Below, piece by piece: positions 7,092 through 16,183 of a stretch of 36,991 nt of DNA. The stretch is from Patescibacteria group bacterium. GTDB lineage: Bacteria > Patescibacteriota > Minisyncoccia > UBA6257 > WO2-44-18. The translations under genes were made by a program, and so were the position numbers. The notes under the pieces were generated by a model. The model did no database searches, was not told the DNA's origin, and was given only the letters and a program-made list of their open reading frames with translations. The number at the start of each line of letters is the position of its first letter. Position 1 is the stretch's first letter. The DNA lies in NCBI GenBank assembly GCA_038065375.1, contig JBBTRE010000021.1, positions 1 through 36,991 on the forward strand, in the 5' to 3' direction.

Positions 7092-9444
7092 TTTTTATTC
7101 TTAAAATTCCGTTAAGCACTGCGGCCGCGGTAACTTCTGCTCCCGCCCCTGCTCCACGGATTACCAGCGGGTTTTTATAATATTTGGTATAAATAGCGAA
7201 AATATTGTCGGCGCCAGACAAACCGGCAATTGGGTGCTCCATTGGAACTTCTTTCAGCGAAGCCGCCATTCTGCCATTTTGAACCGTCGCGACATAACGC
7301 AAGACCGATTTTTTCGCCTTCGCCTTCTTAATCCGCCCGGCAAAATAGGCGTCCGGCTTAACTAAGCTTTCTAATTTTACATCAGAGAATTCGGCTGGCA
7401 AGCCAAGTTCCCTGGCAAGAATCAATAACTTCCGCCCCACATCCTGTCCGCTTAGATCCTCTCTCGGATCCGGTTCGGTATAGCCCAGAGCTTTCGCCCG
7501 GGCCACCAAATCACTAAATTTATTTTTTCCGCTGAAGTTATTAAATAAATAACTCAAGGTTCCGGAAAAGACACCTTCAATCTTTTTAATTTGGTCTCCG
7601 GCGGCAAGTAAATTCTTAATTGTGGCAATGACCGGTAGACCGGCCCCTACATTGGCGTCGTAATGGAAAGATTTCTGATAGGTGGCCAGCAGAGAGCGCA
7701 AACCCGAATATTCTTTGTGCGGCAGCACATTAAACTTTTTATTCGGCGTCACGATATGAAATCCGGCTTTTACAAGTTGCGGATACATTCTCGCCACTCT
7801 TTCGCTGGCCGTGCAATCCACAAAAACTTTCTCACCACGCATCTCCGCCGCTTGCCGGACAAATTCCGGCAGATTCACTTTTTCGCCATTTTTCAAATCC
7901 TTCTTCCAATTTTTTAAATCAATCCCGCTTTCTTTCAAGTGCATCTTCTCAACATCGGCAATTCCCCCAATCTCTAACTTTGAACTTTGAACTCTAAACT
8001 TTAAACTAGCCAGTTGCTGTAGCAATTGGCTGCCCACCACGCCCGTGCCAACTAAAAAGATCCGAAGGGACTTGGAATCAAAAAATTCGGAGTGTAAAAC
8101 ATTAATCGCCTCGGCTTTCTTTTCCTCAGACACCACTAAAGAAACATTCCGCTCCGAACCGCCCTGAGCAATCGCGGCGATATTGATTTTGGCCCGGCCT
8201 AAAGAATTGAATATTTTCCCGGCGATTCCCGGCACGCCTCGCATATTATCTCCCACAACTGCCACAATGCTCTGCCCATCCTTGCGTTCAACGGCCACCT
8301 TCCCTCTACGAATGTCATTTTCAAATTCGGACTTGATAGAAGAAACCGCCCGATCGGCTTCGGATTTTTTCACCGCCAAACAAATTGTATGCTCGGATGA
8401 AGCTTGCGCGATCAGCACCACGTTGGCTTTCGCTTCAGCAGCGGCGCGGAAAACCCGCTCCGCCGTCCCGGGCATACCGGCTAACTCCGTGCCACCGACT
8501 GTTATCAAGCTCATCCCGTCCACTGAAGAAATATTTTTTACCGGACCTTCAAAATCCTTGCTACTTGCTACTTGCTTCTTGCTACTTATTTCAGTCCCCG
8601 GGTGTTTCGGGTTAAAAGTATTTTTGATCAGCACCGGAATTCCTTTTTTAATCGCCGGAACCATCGTCGCCGGATGAATTACTTTCGCTCCGAAATAAGC
8701 CATCTCAAAGGCCTCCTCATAGCTGATTTGCGACAAGGTAAAGGCGCTTTTTACTATCCTCGGATCGGCGGTCATCACGCCGTCGGCATCTGTCCAAATT
8801 TCAATCACGTCGGCGCCAAGCGCGGCTCCGAAAATCGCGCCGCTGTAATCTGAACCGCCACGACCAAGCGTAGTCGTCTTCCCCGCGATATTAGAGCTTA
8901 TAAAACCGGTGATAACGGGGATAGGTTTTAGGGAATAGGATTTAGGGTTTAGTAATTTCCGGAAAAAGTTCTGAATATTTCTATTTGTGACAACGAAATC
9001 AACGGAGGCATTTTGAAAATTAGAATCGGTTTTCACCAACTCTCGCGAATCCACGGCAATACTTGGCGTCTTCTTATTAATATAGGCGGAAACTAAATTC
9101 GCAGACAGTCTTTCGCCAAAACTAACTACCAGATCCAGCGCCATCGGCGAAGCATCGCCAAGTAATTTAATTCCCTTCATCACACTTTCCAACTCCGACA
9201 GCAATTCGGTCGGCGCGGCTACTCTTAGTTCTTTGGCGGCAGTAAGATGTTTCTCTTTGACGAAATCAAAATCCAGCGCCAGAAGTTTATCGGTTACTCC
9301 CTGCATGGCCGACACCACCACCGCTACGCCGCCATTCTTGCGCGCTTCTAAAACAATTTTGGCGACATTTTGAATCCGCTCGGCTGAGCCGACGGAAGAA
9401 CCGCCAAATTTCATTACTTTTACAAATTTTGCCGCCTTTGGCAT
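7075..9444 (-). CDS. thrA: Bifunctional aspartokinase / homoserine dehydrogenase
   Basis: N-terminal VMKFGGSSVG kinase motif and GRGGSDYS. C-terminal LVGTGVVG Rossmann loop with the VTPNKK homoserine dehydrogenase motif. 789 aa. Confidence 0.9.
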   Translation of the reverse strand: MPKAAKFVKVMKFGGSSVGSAERIQNVAKIVLEARKNGGVAVVVSAMQGVTDKLLALDFDFVKEKHLTAAKELRVAAPTELLSELESVMKGIKLLGDASPMALDLVVSFGERLSANLVSAYINKKTPSIAVDSRELVKTDSNFQNASVDFVVTNRNIQNFFRKLLNPKSYSLKPIPVITGFISSNIAGKTTTLGRGGSDYSGAIFGAALGADVIEIWTDADGVMTADPRIVKSAFTLSQISYEEAFEMAYFGAKVIHPATMVPAIKKGIPVLIKNTFNPKHPGTEISSKKQVASSKDFEGPVKNISSVDGMSLITVGGTELAGMPGTAERVFRAAAEAKANVVLIAQASSEHTICLAVKKSEADRAVSSIKSEFENDIRRGKVAVERKDGQSIVAVVGDNMRGVPGIAGKIFNSLGRAKINIAAIAQGGSERNVSLVVSEEKKAEAINVLHSEFFDSKSLRIFLVGTGVVGSQLLQQLASLKFRVQSSKLEIGGIADVEKMHLKESGIDLKNWKKDLKNGEKVNLPEFVRQAAEMRGEKVFVDCTASERVARMYPQLVKAGFHIVTPNKKFNVLPHKEYSGLRSLLATYQKSFHYDANVGAGLPVIATIKNLLAAGDQIKKIEGVFSGTLSYLFNNFSGKNKFSDLVARAKALGYTEPDPREDLSGQDVGRKLLILARELGLPAEFSDVKLESLVKPDAYFAGRIKKAKAKKSVLRYVATVQNGRMAASLKEVPMEHPIAGLSGADNIFAIYTKYYKNPLVIRGAGAGAEVTAAAVLNGILRIKNGKTN

Positions 9445-9497
9445 AACGGCCTAATTATAGATGGTCGCGGGAAAATAAAAAAGCCACCGCGGAATTG

Positions 9498-10643
9498 CTA
9501 GCTAGTGAGTCGCAGGAAATTGCGCTTACCGACTTGCAACAAAACCTCGCCGGAAATTTTAATCACTTCATTGGGATCTGATTTTTTCTGATCATTAATT
9601 TTCACTCCGCCCTGCTCAATCAAACGCCTCGCCTCGCTCTTGCTAGTCGCCATTCCGGTTTCTACCAGCAAGTCCACTAGCATCAAACTTGCAACTTTTA
9701 ACTTAAAACTTTTAACTTCGGACGGAACGCCGCCTTCGGAAACCACCCGGATAAATTCCTGCTCCGCTTTTTCCGCCTCTTTTTCTCCGTGATATTGGGC
9801 GACGATCAATTTCGCCAAACGAAACTTCGCGTCACGAGGATCGGCAATCGTCCGCTCTTGATCAGTGCAAAGTTTGTAATATTGATCAATTAAATTATCG
9901 GAAATGGACATCACTTTACCGAACATCATCTCCGGCGCTTCAGTGATACCAATATAATTTCCCAAGGATTTAGACATCTTCTTTTCTCCGTCGGTTCCGA
10001 CTAAAAGCGGGAAGGTAATCACATCCTGCTCCGGTAAACCCATATGCCGTTGTAAATCCCGACCGGTCAGCATATTAAATCGCTGATCGGTGCCGCCAAC
10101 TTCCACGTCGGCCTTAACGATGATTGAATCGTAGGCCTGCATCATCGGGTAGATTAACTCATGCATGTAGACCTCCACTCCCTCCTTGATACGTTTAGCG
10201 AAATCATCACGCTCCAAAATCCGTTGAGTTGTAAACTTGCCCATCAAACCAATCACATCAGCAAATTTCATCTTTTTAAACCACTTGCTGTTATATTGAA
10301 CTTCCGTTTTCCGCAGATTCAAAATCTTTCCGACTTGTTTAAAATAGGTCTTGGCGTTCACTTTGATTTCCCGATCGCTAAGCGCGGGGCGAGTTTTGGA
10401 ACGCCCGGACGGGTCGCCGATCTTGGCGGTATAGTCTCCGATAATTAAAACGATTTTATGGCCGGCGTCCTGAAACTCTTTCAACTTCCTCAAGATAACC
10501 GCGTGGCCCAGATGAAGATCGGGCGCGGTCGGATCAGCTCCAAATTTAATCCGCAATGATTTTCCTGACTTCAAAGCCGCCGCCAAATGTTCTTTGACGA
10601 TTACATCTTCGACTCCTCTAGCTAAAAGCTTCTCTGAATCCAT
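9498..10643 (-). CDS. tyrS: Tyrosine--tRNA ligase
   Basis: HLGH (HIGH-class) and KMSKS motifs. C-terminal S4-like EARRLIEQGGVKIN. Confidence 0.9.
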   Translation of the reverse strand: MDSEKLLARGVEDVIVKEHLAAALKSGKSLRIKFGADPTAPDLHLGHAVILRKLKEFQDAGHKIVLIIGDYTAKIGDPSGRSKTRPALSDREIKVNAKTYFKQVGKILNLRKTEVQYNSKWFKKMKFADVIGLMGKFTTQRILERDDFAKRIKEGVEVYMHELIYPMMQAYDSIIVKADVEVGGTDQRFNMLTGRDLQRHMGLPEQDVITFPLLVGTDGEKKMSKSLGNYIGITEAPEMMFGKVMSISDNLIDQYYKLCTDQERTIADPRDAKFRLAKLIVAQYHGEKEAEKAEQEFIRVVSEGGVPSEVKSFKLKVASLMLVDLLVETGMATSKSEARRLIEQGGVKINDQKKSDPNEVIKISGEVLLQVGKRNFLRLTS

Positions 10644-10696
10644 GGCTTTAATTTTAGCTTAAAAAAAACGCCCCCGCAATTTGCGAGAGCTTACCA

Positions 10697-10945
10697 CTAC
10701 CAACGATTCTGCCAAATACGATAATAAGTGATTGTGCCGTGGACACCGAGGAACACTACGATCACGGAGATTAAGTTGCCGCTGGCAAGCCCAAGTACGC
10801 CGCCCAAGGCAATTACAGAGCAGCAAATCATCAGAGTAAACGACCAGGCCTTTCCCGGTGTTTCGTCTTTTGACGCGTGCAAGCAGTAGCCGACCGCCCA
10901 TACCAGAAAAGCCACTGTCGTGATTCCCATTCCGCCGATGAACAT
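10697..10945 (-). CDS. Small integral membrane protein (82 aa)
   Basis: Three hydrophobic segments. AGGAGA Shine-Dalgarno 6 nt upstream of the ATG. Confidence 0.55.
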   Translation of the reverse strand: MFIGGMGITTVAFLVWAVGYCLHASKDETPGKAWSFTLMICCSVIALGGVLGLASGNLISVIVVFLGVHGTITYYRIWQNRW

Positions 10946-10996
10946 ATTAATCTCCTAAAAACTGGATAAAGATTAACGTAAAAATAATTCCTCGTC

Positions 10997-11033
10997 AAAT
11001 AAAATAGCCGCATCCCTTTTGGGATGCGGCTAT
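10997..11033 (-). terminator. Intrinsic terminator of the 281-aa gene
   Basis: 13-bp stem ATAGCCGCATCCC/GGGATGCGGCTAT (11004-11033), followed by TTTTATTT on the minus strand. Confidence 0.8.
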
Positions 11034-11037
11034 TAAG

Positions 11038-11883
11038 TTATTCACTGATCGTGTGCGTTTCCGGGTGATACCGGTAAACCGTCAGAATCACCATCTTGTC
11101 GTGGTCGTCCAGACGATTAGAGCGGACGATGGCAAAGAGCCACTTCGTCTGATCATCCAGGTAGTAATCGGTCCAGTGACGCCCTTCGTCCAAGTTGTGC
11201 AAGATCATCTTGCGCTTGGCTTCCGGATCCCACTGGGCTAGCTTGGAGCGCTGGAACATATCTTTCAGCGCTTTGACGTAGAACTCAAGAGACTGCTCGG
11301 CGATCTGCTCTTTCTCTTGAGCGCCGAAACACCGGCCGACGAAGCGCTTCCAAACATGTTCGGTGACGATCGTCTCGCCCGCCTCTTTATGCTTGATAGT
11401 CCAGCCGGGCGGATGATTGATGATCGCCCAGAACTTCTTCACCGCCTCCCGCTTTTTCTCCGCCTTCTCCTTCTTAATCTGATCAAGTTCCTCGCGAGTT
11501 CGGATGCGTTGTTCTTGATGCTTCTCATCTGTCGCTTTGCCGATTGACTCCGCCTCTTTGGCGAGCCAATCGGCAGTTTCCAGTAGAACGTCTTTTGTCC
11601 GGGAAACGAATCGGGGAACATTGAGATCACTCATGCCGTCGCCGGATCCCGTGAATCCGATGCTCTTCAACCAGCTTTTAGCCGGAAACTGACGATACTG
11701 CCTGCTATACTCCCGCTTGTGAGATTGGTCAGCTAAGAGATGATCGGCAATACTCGCCCTGTATCGCGGATGGAAAATCATCAACAGATACAGCTGACGT
11801 AGTTCCTGTTGAGAAAAAGAAAGCAGAAACTGACTACGTGGACGTTCAGCCACAAATCCTCCCTCTGCTAGTGTAAATGCCAC
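11038..11883 (-). CDS. Hypothetical protein with a central Lys/Glu-rich helix (start uncertain)
   Basis: Long ORF with a GTG at 11883. AGGGAGGA precedes an in-frame GTG 10 codons in. No family recognised. Confidence 0.5.
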   Translation of the reverse strand: MAFTLAEGGFVAERPRSQFLLSFSQQELRQLYLLMIFHPRYRASIADHLLADQSHKREYSRQYRQFPAKSWLKSIGFTGSGDGMSDLNVPRFVSRTKDVLLETADWLAKEAESIGKATDEKHQEQRIRTREELDQIKKEKAEKKREAVKKFWAIINHPPGWTIKHKEAGETIVTEHVWKRFVGRCFGAQEKEQIAEQSLEFYVKALKDMFQRSKLAQWDPEAKRKMILHNLDEGRHWTDYYLDDQTKWLFAIVRSNRLDDHDKMVILTVYRYHPETHTISE

Positions 11884-11942
11884 TCGCTCTCAACGGACCA
11901 CCCGCTGATAGCCGACGGCGGATTTCAATGTACAGCCAAGGG

Positions 11943-11971
11943 ATTATATCATACTTACCGTTGTTTGTCCA
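11943..11971 (-). promoter_or_regulatory. Sigma70-like promoter for the 11883 gene
   Basis: On the minus strand: TGGACA, 17 nt spacer, TATAAT. Confidence 0.6.
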
Positions 11972-11980
11972 GACCCACCA

Positions 11981-12047
11981 CCCCGCACACTTTTGGTGTG
12001 CGGGGTAAGGTTTTCTAAACAAAATCTCCGCATAATGCGGAGATTTT
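11981..12047 (-). terminator. Two tandem hairpins downstream of clpP
   Basis: AAAATCTCCGCA/TGCGGAGATTTT (12021-12047) followed by TTTTGTTT. Then CCCCGCACAC/GTGTGCGGGG (11981-12005). Confidence 0.75.
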
Positions 12048-12058
12048 GTAGAAAGCCC

Positions 12059-12661
12059 TTATTTCTTGCTTTTGATAATCTCATCCACCACTCCATACGC
12101 CTTCGCTTCTTCCGCACTCATGAAATAATCTCGGTCGGTATCTTTCTCGAGTTTGGTCAAAGTCTGACCGGTGTGCTTGGAGAGCACGTGATTCAAGCGA
12201 TCCTTGATCTTCAAAATATGCTTGGCGGCAATCTCCACCTCCACCGCCTGGCCTTCGGCTCCGCCCATCACCTGGTGCAACATAATCTCCGCGTTAGGCA
12301 AAGCAATACGCTTACCCTTTTTGCCGGCCGCCAGCAATACCGCCCCCATTGAGGCCGCCATGCCGACGCAAATAGTAGAAACATCCGGCTTCACATATTG
12401 CATAGTGTCGTAAATCGCCATCCCCGCGGTAACCGAACCCCCCGGACTGTTGATATAGAGCTTGATATCCTTCTTCGGATCTTCGTGCTCCAGATGCAAT
12501 AGCTGGGCGATAATTACGTTCGCCTGACCATCGGTAATCGGGCCGCCTAAAAAGATGATCCGCTCTTTCAAAAGACGAGAGTAAATATCATAAGACCGCT
12601 CCCCTCCGGGAACCCGCTCAACGACGGTCGGGATCAAATATTCGTTCTTTGCTTCTTTCAT
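12059..12661 (-). CDS. clpP: ATP-dependent Clp protease proteolytic subunit
   Basis: Catalytic region [12 protein letters not shown] and the overall ClpP sequence. 200 aa. Confidence 0.92.
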   Translation of the reverse strand: MKEAKNEYLIPTVVERVPGGERSYDIYSRLLKERIIFLGGPITDGQANVIIAQLLHLEHEDPKKDIKLYINSPGGSVTAGMAIYDTMQYVKPDVSTICVGMAASMGAVLLAAGKKGKRIALPNAEIMLHQVMGGAEGQAVEVEIAAKHILKIKDRLNHVLSKHTGQTLTKLEKDTDRDYFMSAEEAKAYGVVDEIIKSKK

Positions 12662-12711
12662 GGTTAGAAATTAGAGTAATTAGGTTAATTAGAAATTGCT
12701 TTTTATACAAG

Positions 12712-13638
12712 CTACTGCTTTTCTAAAAAGCTATAGACCTTTTCATTTAGAAGCACACTATAATTATAGTTGTAATCGCCTCCGCCTCCAAGCTTGGCTT
12801 CTACCTCCTCCGGCGTCGGTTCTAATTTTTCCGTTTGGGCGATTTTATAGATCACCAAATTAGAAGCCACGTTTTCTTTGGCTCGAGCATGTAGATCCTG
12901 GGAAACTTGCTCCTCGGTCTTGCCGGCGGCCTTCATCATCGGTCCCCACTGCTTGCTCATCCCCTGGAAAGTCTTTTCAATCATCACCGCCGGAAGATCC
13001 AAATCAGATTCCTTAATAATTTCATCCAGCATTTTCAAACGCAAACGATCACGCTCTTTCATCTGCTTTTCCAATAAGATTCCGTCGTTGACACTCTTTT
13101 TCAGCGCTTCCAGATTTTCAAATTTGCCGACGGTTTTGGCAAATTCGTCATTGAGTTCCGGTATCTTATCACCCTCTTTCTCTTTCCGGGACTGCTGAAT
13201 CCACTCCAAAGTTTTTTCTATTTCCCCGGCCTCCACCTTCATCTCTTTCTTCTCGCCTAAAACTTTATGGGCGATCTTTTTATAATTACCCAGTTTCAGC
13301 TCCGGGAAAATAGTCAAAATCGCTTTATATTTAATTCCCAGCTCCGCGTCCTCCACGGAAACCTGTGGCGTATCAATCAGAGTCCACTCCTTATCTTTAG
13401 AGACCTCATCTAAACTCCAACGGATTGCTTCCTTGGCGGCATCGCTAAAAACCGATTCTTTATCCACGGCGGCGTCGGCCATCTCCTTCGGAGCAGCGCC
13501 GGGACGGAATCCTTTTATCTGAACGCCGGCCAGCGCCTTTTGATAGGCGCTTTCGTAATAAGGCAGAAATTCTTTTTGGTCCAAGCTAATCTCAACTTCA
13601 ATTTGAGAGCCCGGTAATTTTTTAAAACTGTTTTTCAT
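12712..13638 (-). CDS. tig: Trigger factor, short form (308 aa)
   Basis: Ribosome-binding signature GFRPGAAPK near the N-terminus and a TF-like helical C-terminal region. About 120 aa shorter than E. coli TF. Confidence 0.8.
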   Translation of the reverse strand: MKNSFKKLPGSQIEVEISLDQKEFLPYYESAYQKALAGVQIKGFRPGAAPKEMADAAVDKESVFSDAAKEAIRWSLDEVSKDKEWTLIDTPQVSVEDAELGIKYKAILTIFPELKLGNYKKIAHKVLGEKKEMKVEAGEIEKTLEWIQQSRKEKEGDKIPELNDEFAKTVGKFENLEALKKSVNDGILLEKQMKERDRLRLKMLDEIIKESDLDLPAVMIEKTFQGMSKQWGPMMKAAGKTEEQVSQDLHARAKENVASNLVIYKIAQTEKLEPTPEEVEAKLGGGGDYNYNYSVLLNEKVYSFLEKQ

Positions 13639-13650
13639 TTTTTGAGTTAG

Positions 13651-13692
13651 CTCCGACGCTACCGGTCGGAGAGCCGACTTCTGACGTCGGCT
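13651..13692. repeat. Two abutting GC-rich hairpins (NNCCGAC-N7-GTCGGNN)
   Basis: CTCCGAC-gctaccg-GTCGGAG (13651-13671) directly followed by AGCCGAC-ttctgac-GTCGGCT (13672-13692). Confidence 0.7.
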
Positions 13693-13727
13693 TTGTGATT
13701 TGTTTATTTAAGTAATCCTCTCCCCGA

Positions 13728-14144
13728 TTAATCGGAGAGAGGATCGGGGCCGTCATCAAGAGAAATTTTGTCTTTCAGGCACTGGCTGATGAAGCGTTTG
13801 TGATTGGCGCAAAGCGGAATGTAGCAACCGCGGATTGAAATCAATTTTTGTCTCAGATCCTCGTCGTCGCCACTGCCGTATTCCAGACAAATGATGCATG
13901 GGTCTGGACGATCCACTGCCTCTTCTGACTTAATCCGGCCGCTCTGCCGATCACGGTAAATCATCACCTCATTGTCTTCTTCCCTATTAAGGAATCGAGT
14001 GATCGCCTCGCGGCAACGTTCAATGGCGTCCGCTTCCAGCAATTCCCGATTCCCTTTGAATAACTTCCCGAAGATCATTGCGACGAGAACTGCCACCAAC
14101 AAATAGCAAAGGACCGCTAGCACCATCCAATCCCCATCAGTCAT
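13728..14144 (-). CDS. Membrane-anchored Cys-rich small protein
   Basis: One N-terminal TM helix. C-terminal CIIC-x20-C-x4-C-x2-H pattern. Confidence 0.5.
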   Translation of the reverse strand: MTDGDWMVLAVLCYLLVAVLVAMIFGKLFKGNRELLEADAIERCREAITRFLNREEDNEVMIYRDRQSGRIKSEEAVDRPDPCIICLEYGSGDDEDLRQKLISIRGCYIPLCANHKRFISQCLKDKISLDDGPDPLSD

Positions 14145-14198
14145 GGACTTCTCCTGTAACTAAAAGAACTAGGGAATTATAACAGAAAATTAACTTTC

Positions 14199-16163
14199 TT
14201 ACAAGAGCGGCACGATCAACAAAGCCACGATACTGATTACTTTAATCAACGGGTTAATGGCCGGACCGGCAGTATCTTTGTAGGGATCGCCGACGGTATC
14301 TCCGGTAACCGCCGCCTTGTGCCAATCGGTTCCCTTAGCGCCGGCCGCTTCAATATACTTCTTGGCGTTATCCCACGCCGCGCCGCCGGAAGTCATAGAC
14401 ATCGCCACGAACAATCCGGAAACGATGGAACCCATCAATAAACCACCCAGCGCCTCCGGGCCAAGTCCGAATCCGACTAACAACACCGCGGCAATCGGCA
14501 ACAGCGCCGGCACAATCATTTTGCTTAGAGCCGCTTTAGTAACAATATCCACCGCTCTCGCGTAATCCGGTTTTGCCGTGCCAGCCATAATACCCGGGAT
14601 TTCCCGGAACTGGCGACGGATTTCTTCCACTACCGCTCCCGCGGCTTCACCTACCGCCCGCATGGCGATGGAACCGAACAAGAAAGGAATCGCCGCGCCC
14701 AAGAATAAACCGACTACCACTAACGGATCCTGCAGGGAGAAGACCACATCTTTTGCCAGCGCGGATAACTCTTCCACGTAACCGGCAAACAAAACTAGGG
14801 CCGCCAAACCGGCGGAAGCAATCGCATAACCCTTCGTAACCGCTTTCGTGGTATTGCCAACCGCATCCAACGCATCGGTAATTTCCCGGACTTCTTTCGG
14901 CGCGCCGGACATCTCCGCGATACCGCCGGCATTGTCCGTAACCGGGCCAAAAGAATCAATCGCCACCACAATACCCGCCACCGACAACATCGCTGTCGCG
15001 GCTAAAGCGATTCCGTACAAACCAACCAAGGCATAAGCAGACAAAATTCCGGCAACAATTACTAAAATCGGCAGAGCGGTAGATTCCATACCCACCGATA
15101 AACCCATGATGATATTAGTTCCATGACCGGAGCGGGAGGCCTCGGCGATGGATTTAACCGGGCGATAATCTTTCGCTGTGTAGTAGTCGGTAATCACTAC
15201 CATCAGAATGGTGACCGCCAAACCGACAACCGTCGCCAAAAAGACATTCAGATAATTTTCCGGGAAATAAACTTTTGAAGCCCAGAAAAAGAGTGCCGCG
15301 GAAACAACAATCGCCACTATCAGCGACTTATACAAAGCGCCCATAATGGACTTGCTCTTACCCAATTTGGCGAACCAGCCGCCAACAACCGAAGCCAATA
15401 TTCCCAATCCTCCCAGAACCAACGGGAAGGCCAATTGCGCTCCGCTCAAAGTAGCCGCGCCAAGCAACATAGCGGCGGTCAGCGTTACCGCGTAAGTTTC
15501 AAAAAGATCGGCGGCCATACCGGCGCAGTCACCGACGTTGTCGCCCACGTTGTCGGCGATCACGCCGGGATTACGCGGATCATCTTCCGGAATTCCCGCT
15601 TCCACCTTACCAACCAAGTCAGTGCCGACATCCGCGGCTTTAGTAAAAATGCCGCCGCCGAGACGGGCAAAAATAGAAATTAAACTGGCGCCAAAACCAA
15701 GACCGATTAAGGCCTTAGGATCACCGGTAGCAAAATAAAATCCGGCCACCGAGAGAAGCCCTAAAGCAACTACTATATATCCGGTGACCGAACCGGCTTT
15801 AAAAGCCAAAGAAAGAGCGGGGGCCAAACCATGACTGGCCATCTCCGCGGTTCTAGCGTTAGAGCGGATCGCTACATTCATACCGATATAACCCGCTACA
15901 GCTGAAGCAACCGCGCCGATTAAGAATCCGACCGCGGTAACTCCGCCAAAGGCAAAATACAAAACTACCGCCAATGGCAGGGCCACCAGCGCGACGCTTT
16001 TATACTGACGATTTAAGTAGGCGGCTGACCCCTCCTGAATGGCGGCTGAGATTTCCCGCATCTTCTCATTTCCTTCGGGTTGTTTTTTCAGCCAAAGCAT
16101 AATGTAGGCGCTGTAAGCTAACGCGACAACGACCGGGACGAAGATCAGATAATTTATAGTCAT
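14199..16163 (-). CDS. hppA: Membrane-integral H+(Na+)-translocating pyrophosphatase
   Basis: 654 aa, polytopic. Motifs [21 protein letters not shown] and [14 protein letters not shown]. Confidence 0.92.
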   Translation of the reverse strand: MTINYLIFVPVVVALAYSAYIMLWLKKQPEGNEKMREISAAIQEGSAAYLNRQYKSVALVALPLAVVLYFAFGGVTAVGFLIGAVASAVAGYIGMNVAIRSNARTAEMASHGLAPALSLAFKAGSVTGYIVVALGLLSVAGFYFATGDPKALIGLGFGASLISIFARLGGGIFTKAADVGTDLVGKVEAGIPEDDPRNPGVIADNVGDNVGDCAGMAADLFETYAVTLTAAMLLGAATLSGAQLAFPLVLGGLGILASVVGGWFAKLGKSKSIMGALYKSLIVAIVVSAALFFWASKVYFPENYLNVFLATVVGLAVTILMVVITDYYTAKDYRPVKSIAEASRSGHGTNIIMGLSVGMESTALPILVIVAGILSAYALVGLYGIALAATAMLSVAGIVVAIDSFGPVTDNAGGIAEMSGAPKEVREITDALDAVGNTTKAVTKGYAIASAGLAALVLFAGYVEELSALAKDVVFSLQDPLVVVGLFLGAAIPFLFGSIAMRAVGEAAGAVVEEIRRQFREIPGIMAGTAKPDYARAVDIVTKAALSKMIVPALLPIAAVLLVGFGLGPEALGGLLMGSIVSGLFVAMSMTSGGAAWDNAKKYIEAAGAKGTDWHKAAVTGDTVGDPYKDTAGPAINPLIKVISIVALLIVPLL

Positions 16164-16183
16164 TAGTTATTAGTAATTTGTTA

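Noticed and set aside
7975-8955. Low-complexity DNA runs inside thrA, considered as CRISPR-like, telomere-like or inserted repeats. Examples are AACTTTGAACTTTGAACTCTAAACTTTAAAC near 7975, CTTGCTACTTGCTACTTGC near 8556 and TTTAGGG-like runs near 8921. There is a similar run in tyrS near 9692.
   Set aside because: - They are short, in frame, and encode linker-like peptides.
- Those peptides sit where E. coli ThrA has segments of similar length.
- There is no repeat-spacer architecture, and no CRISPR array anywhere in the window.
9445-9497. TATAAT about 9 nt upstream of the thrA ATG as a leaderless-mRNA promoter
   Set aside because: There is no convincing -35, and the spacing evidence is weak. 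It is not reported as a feature.
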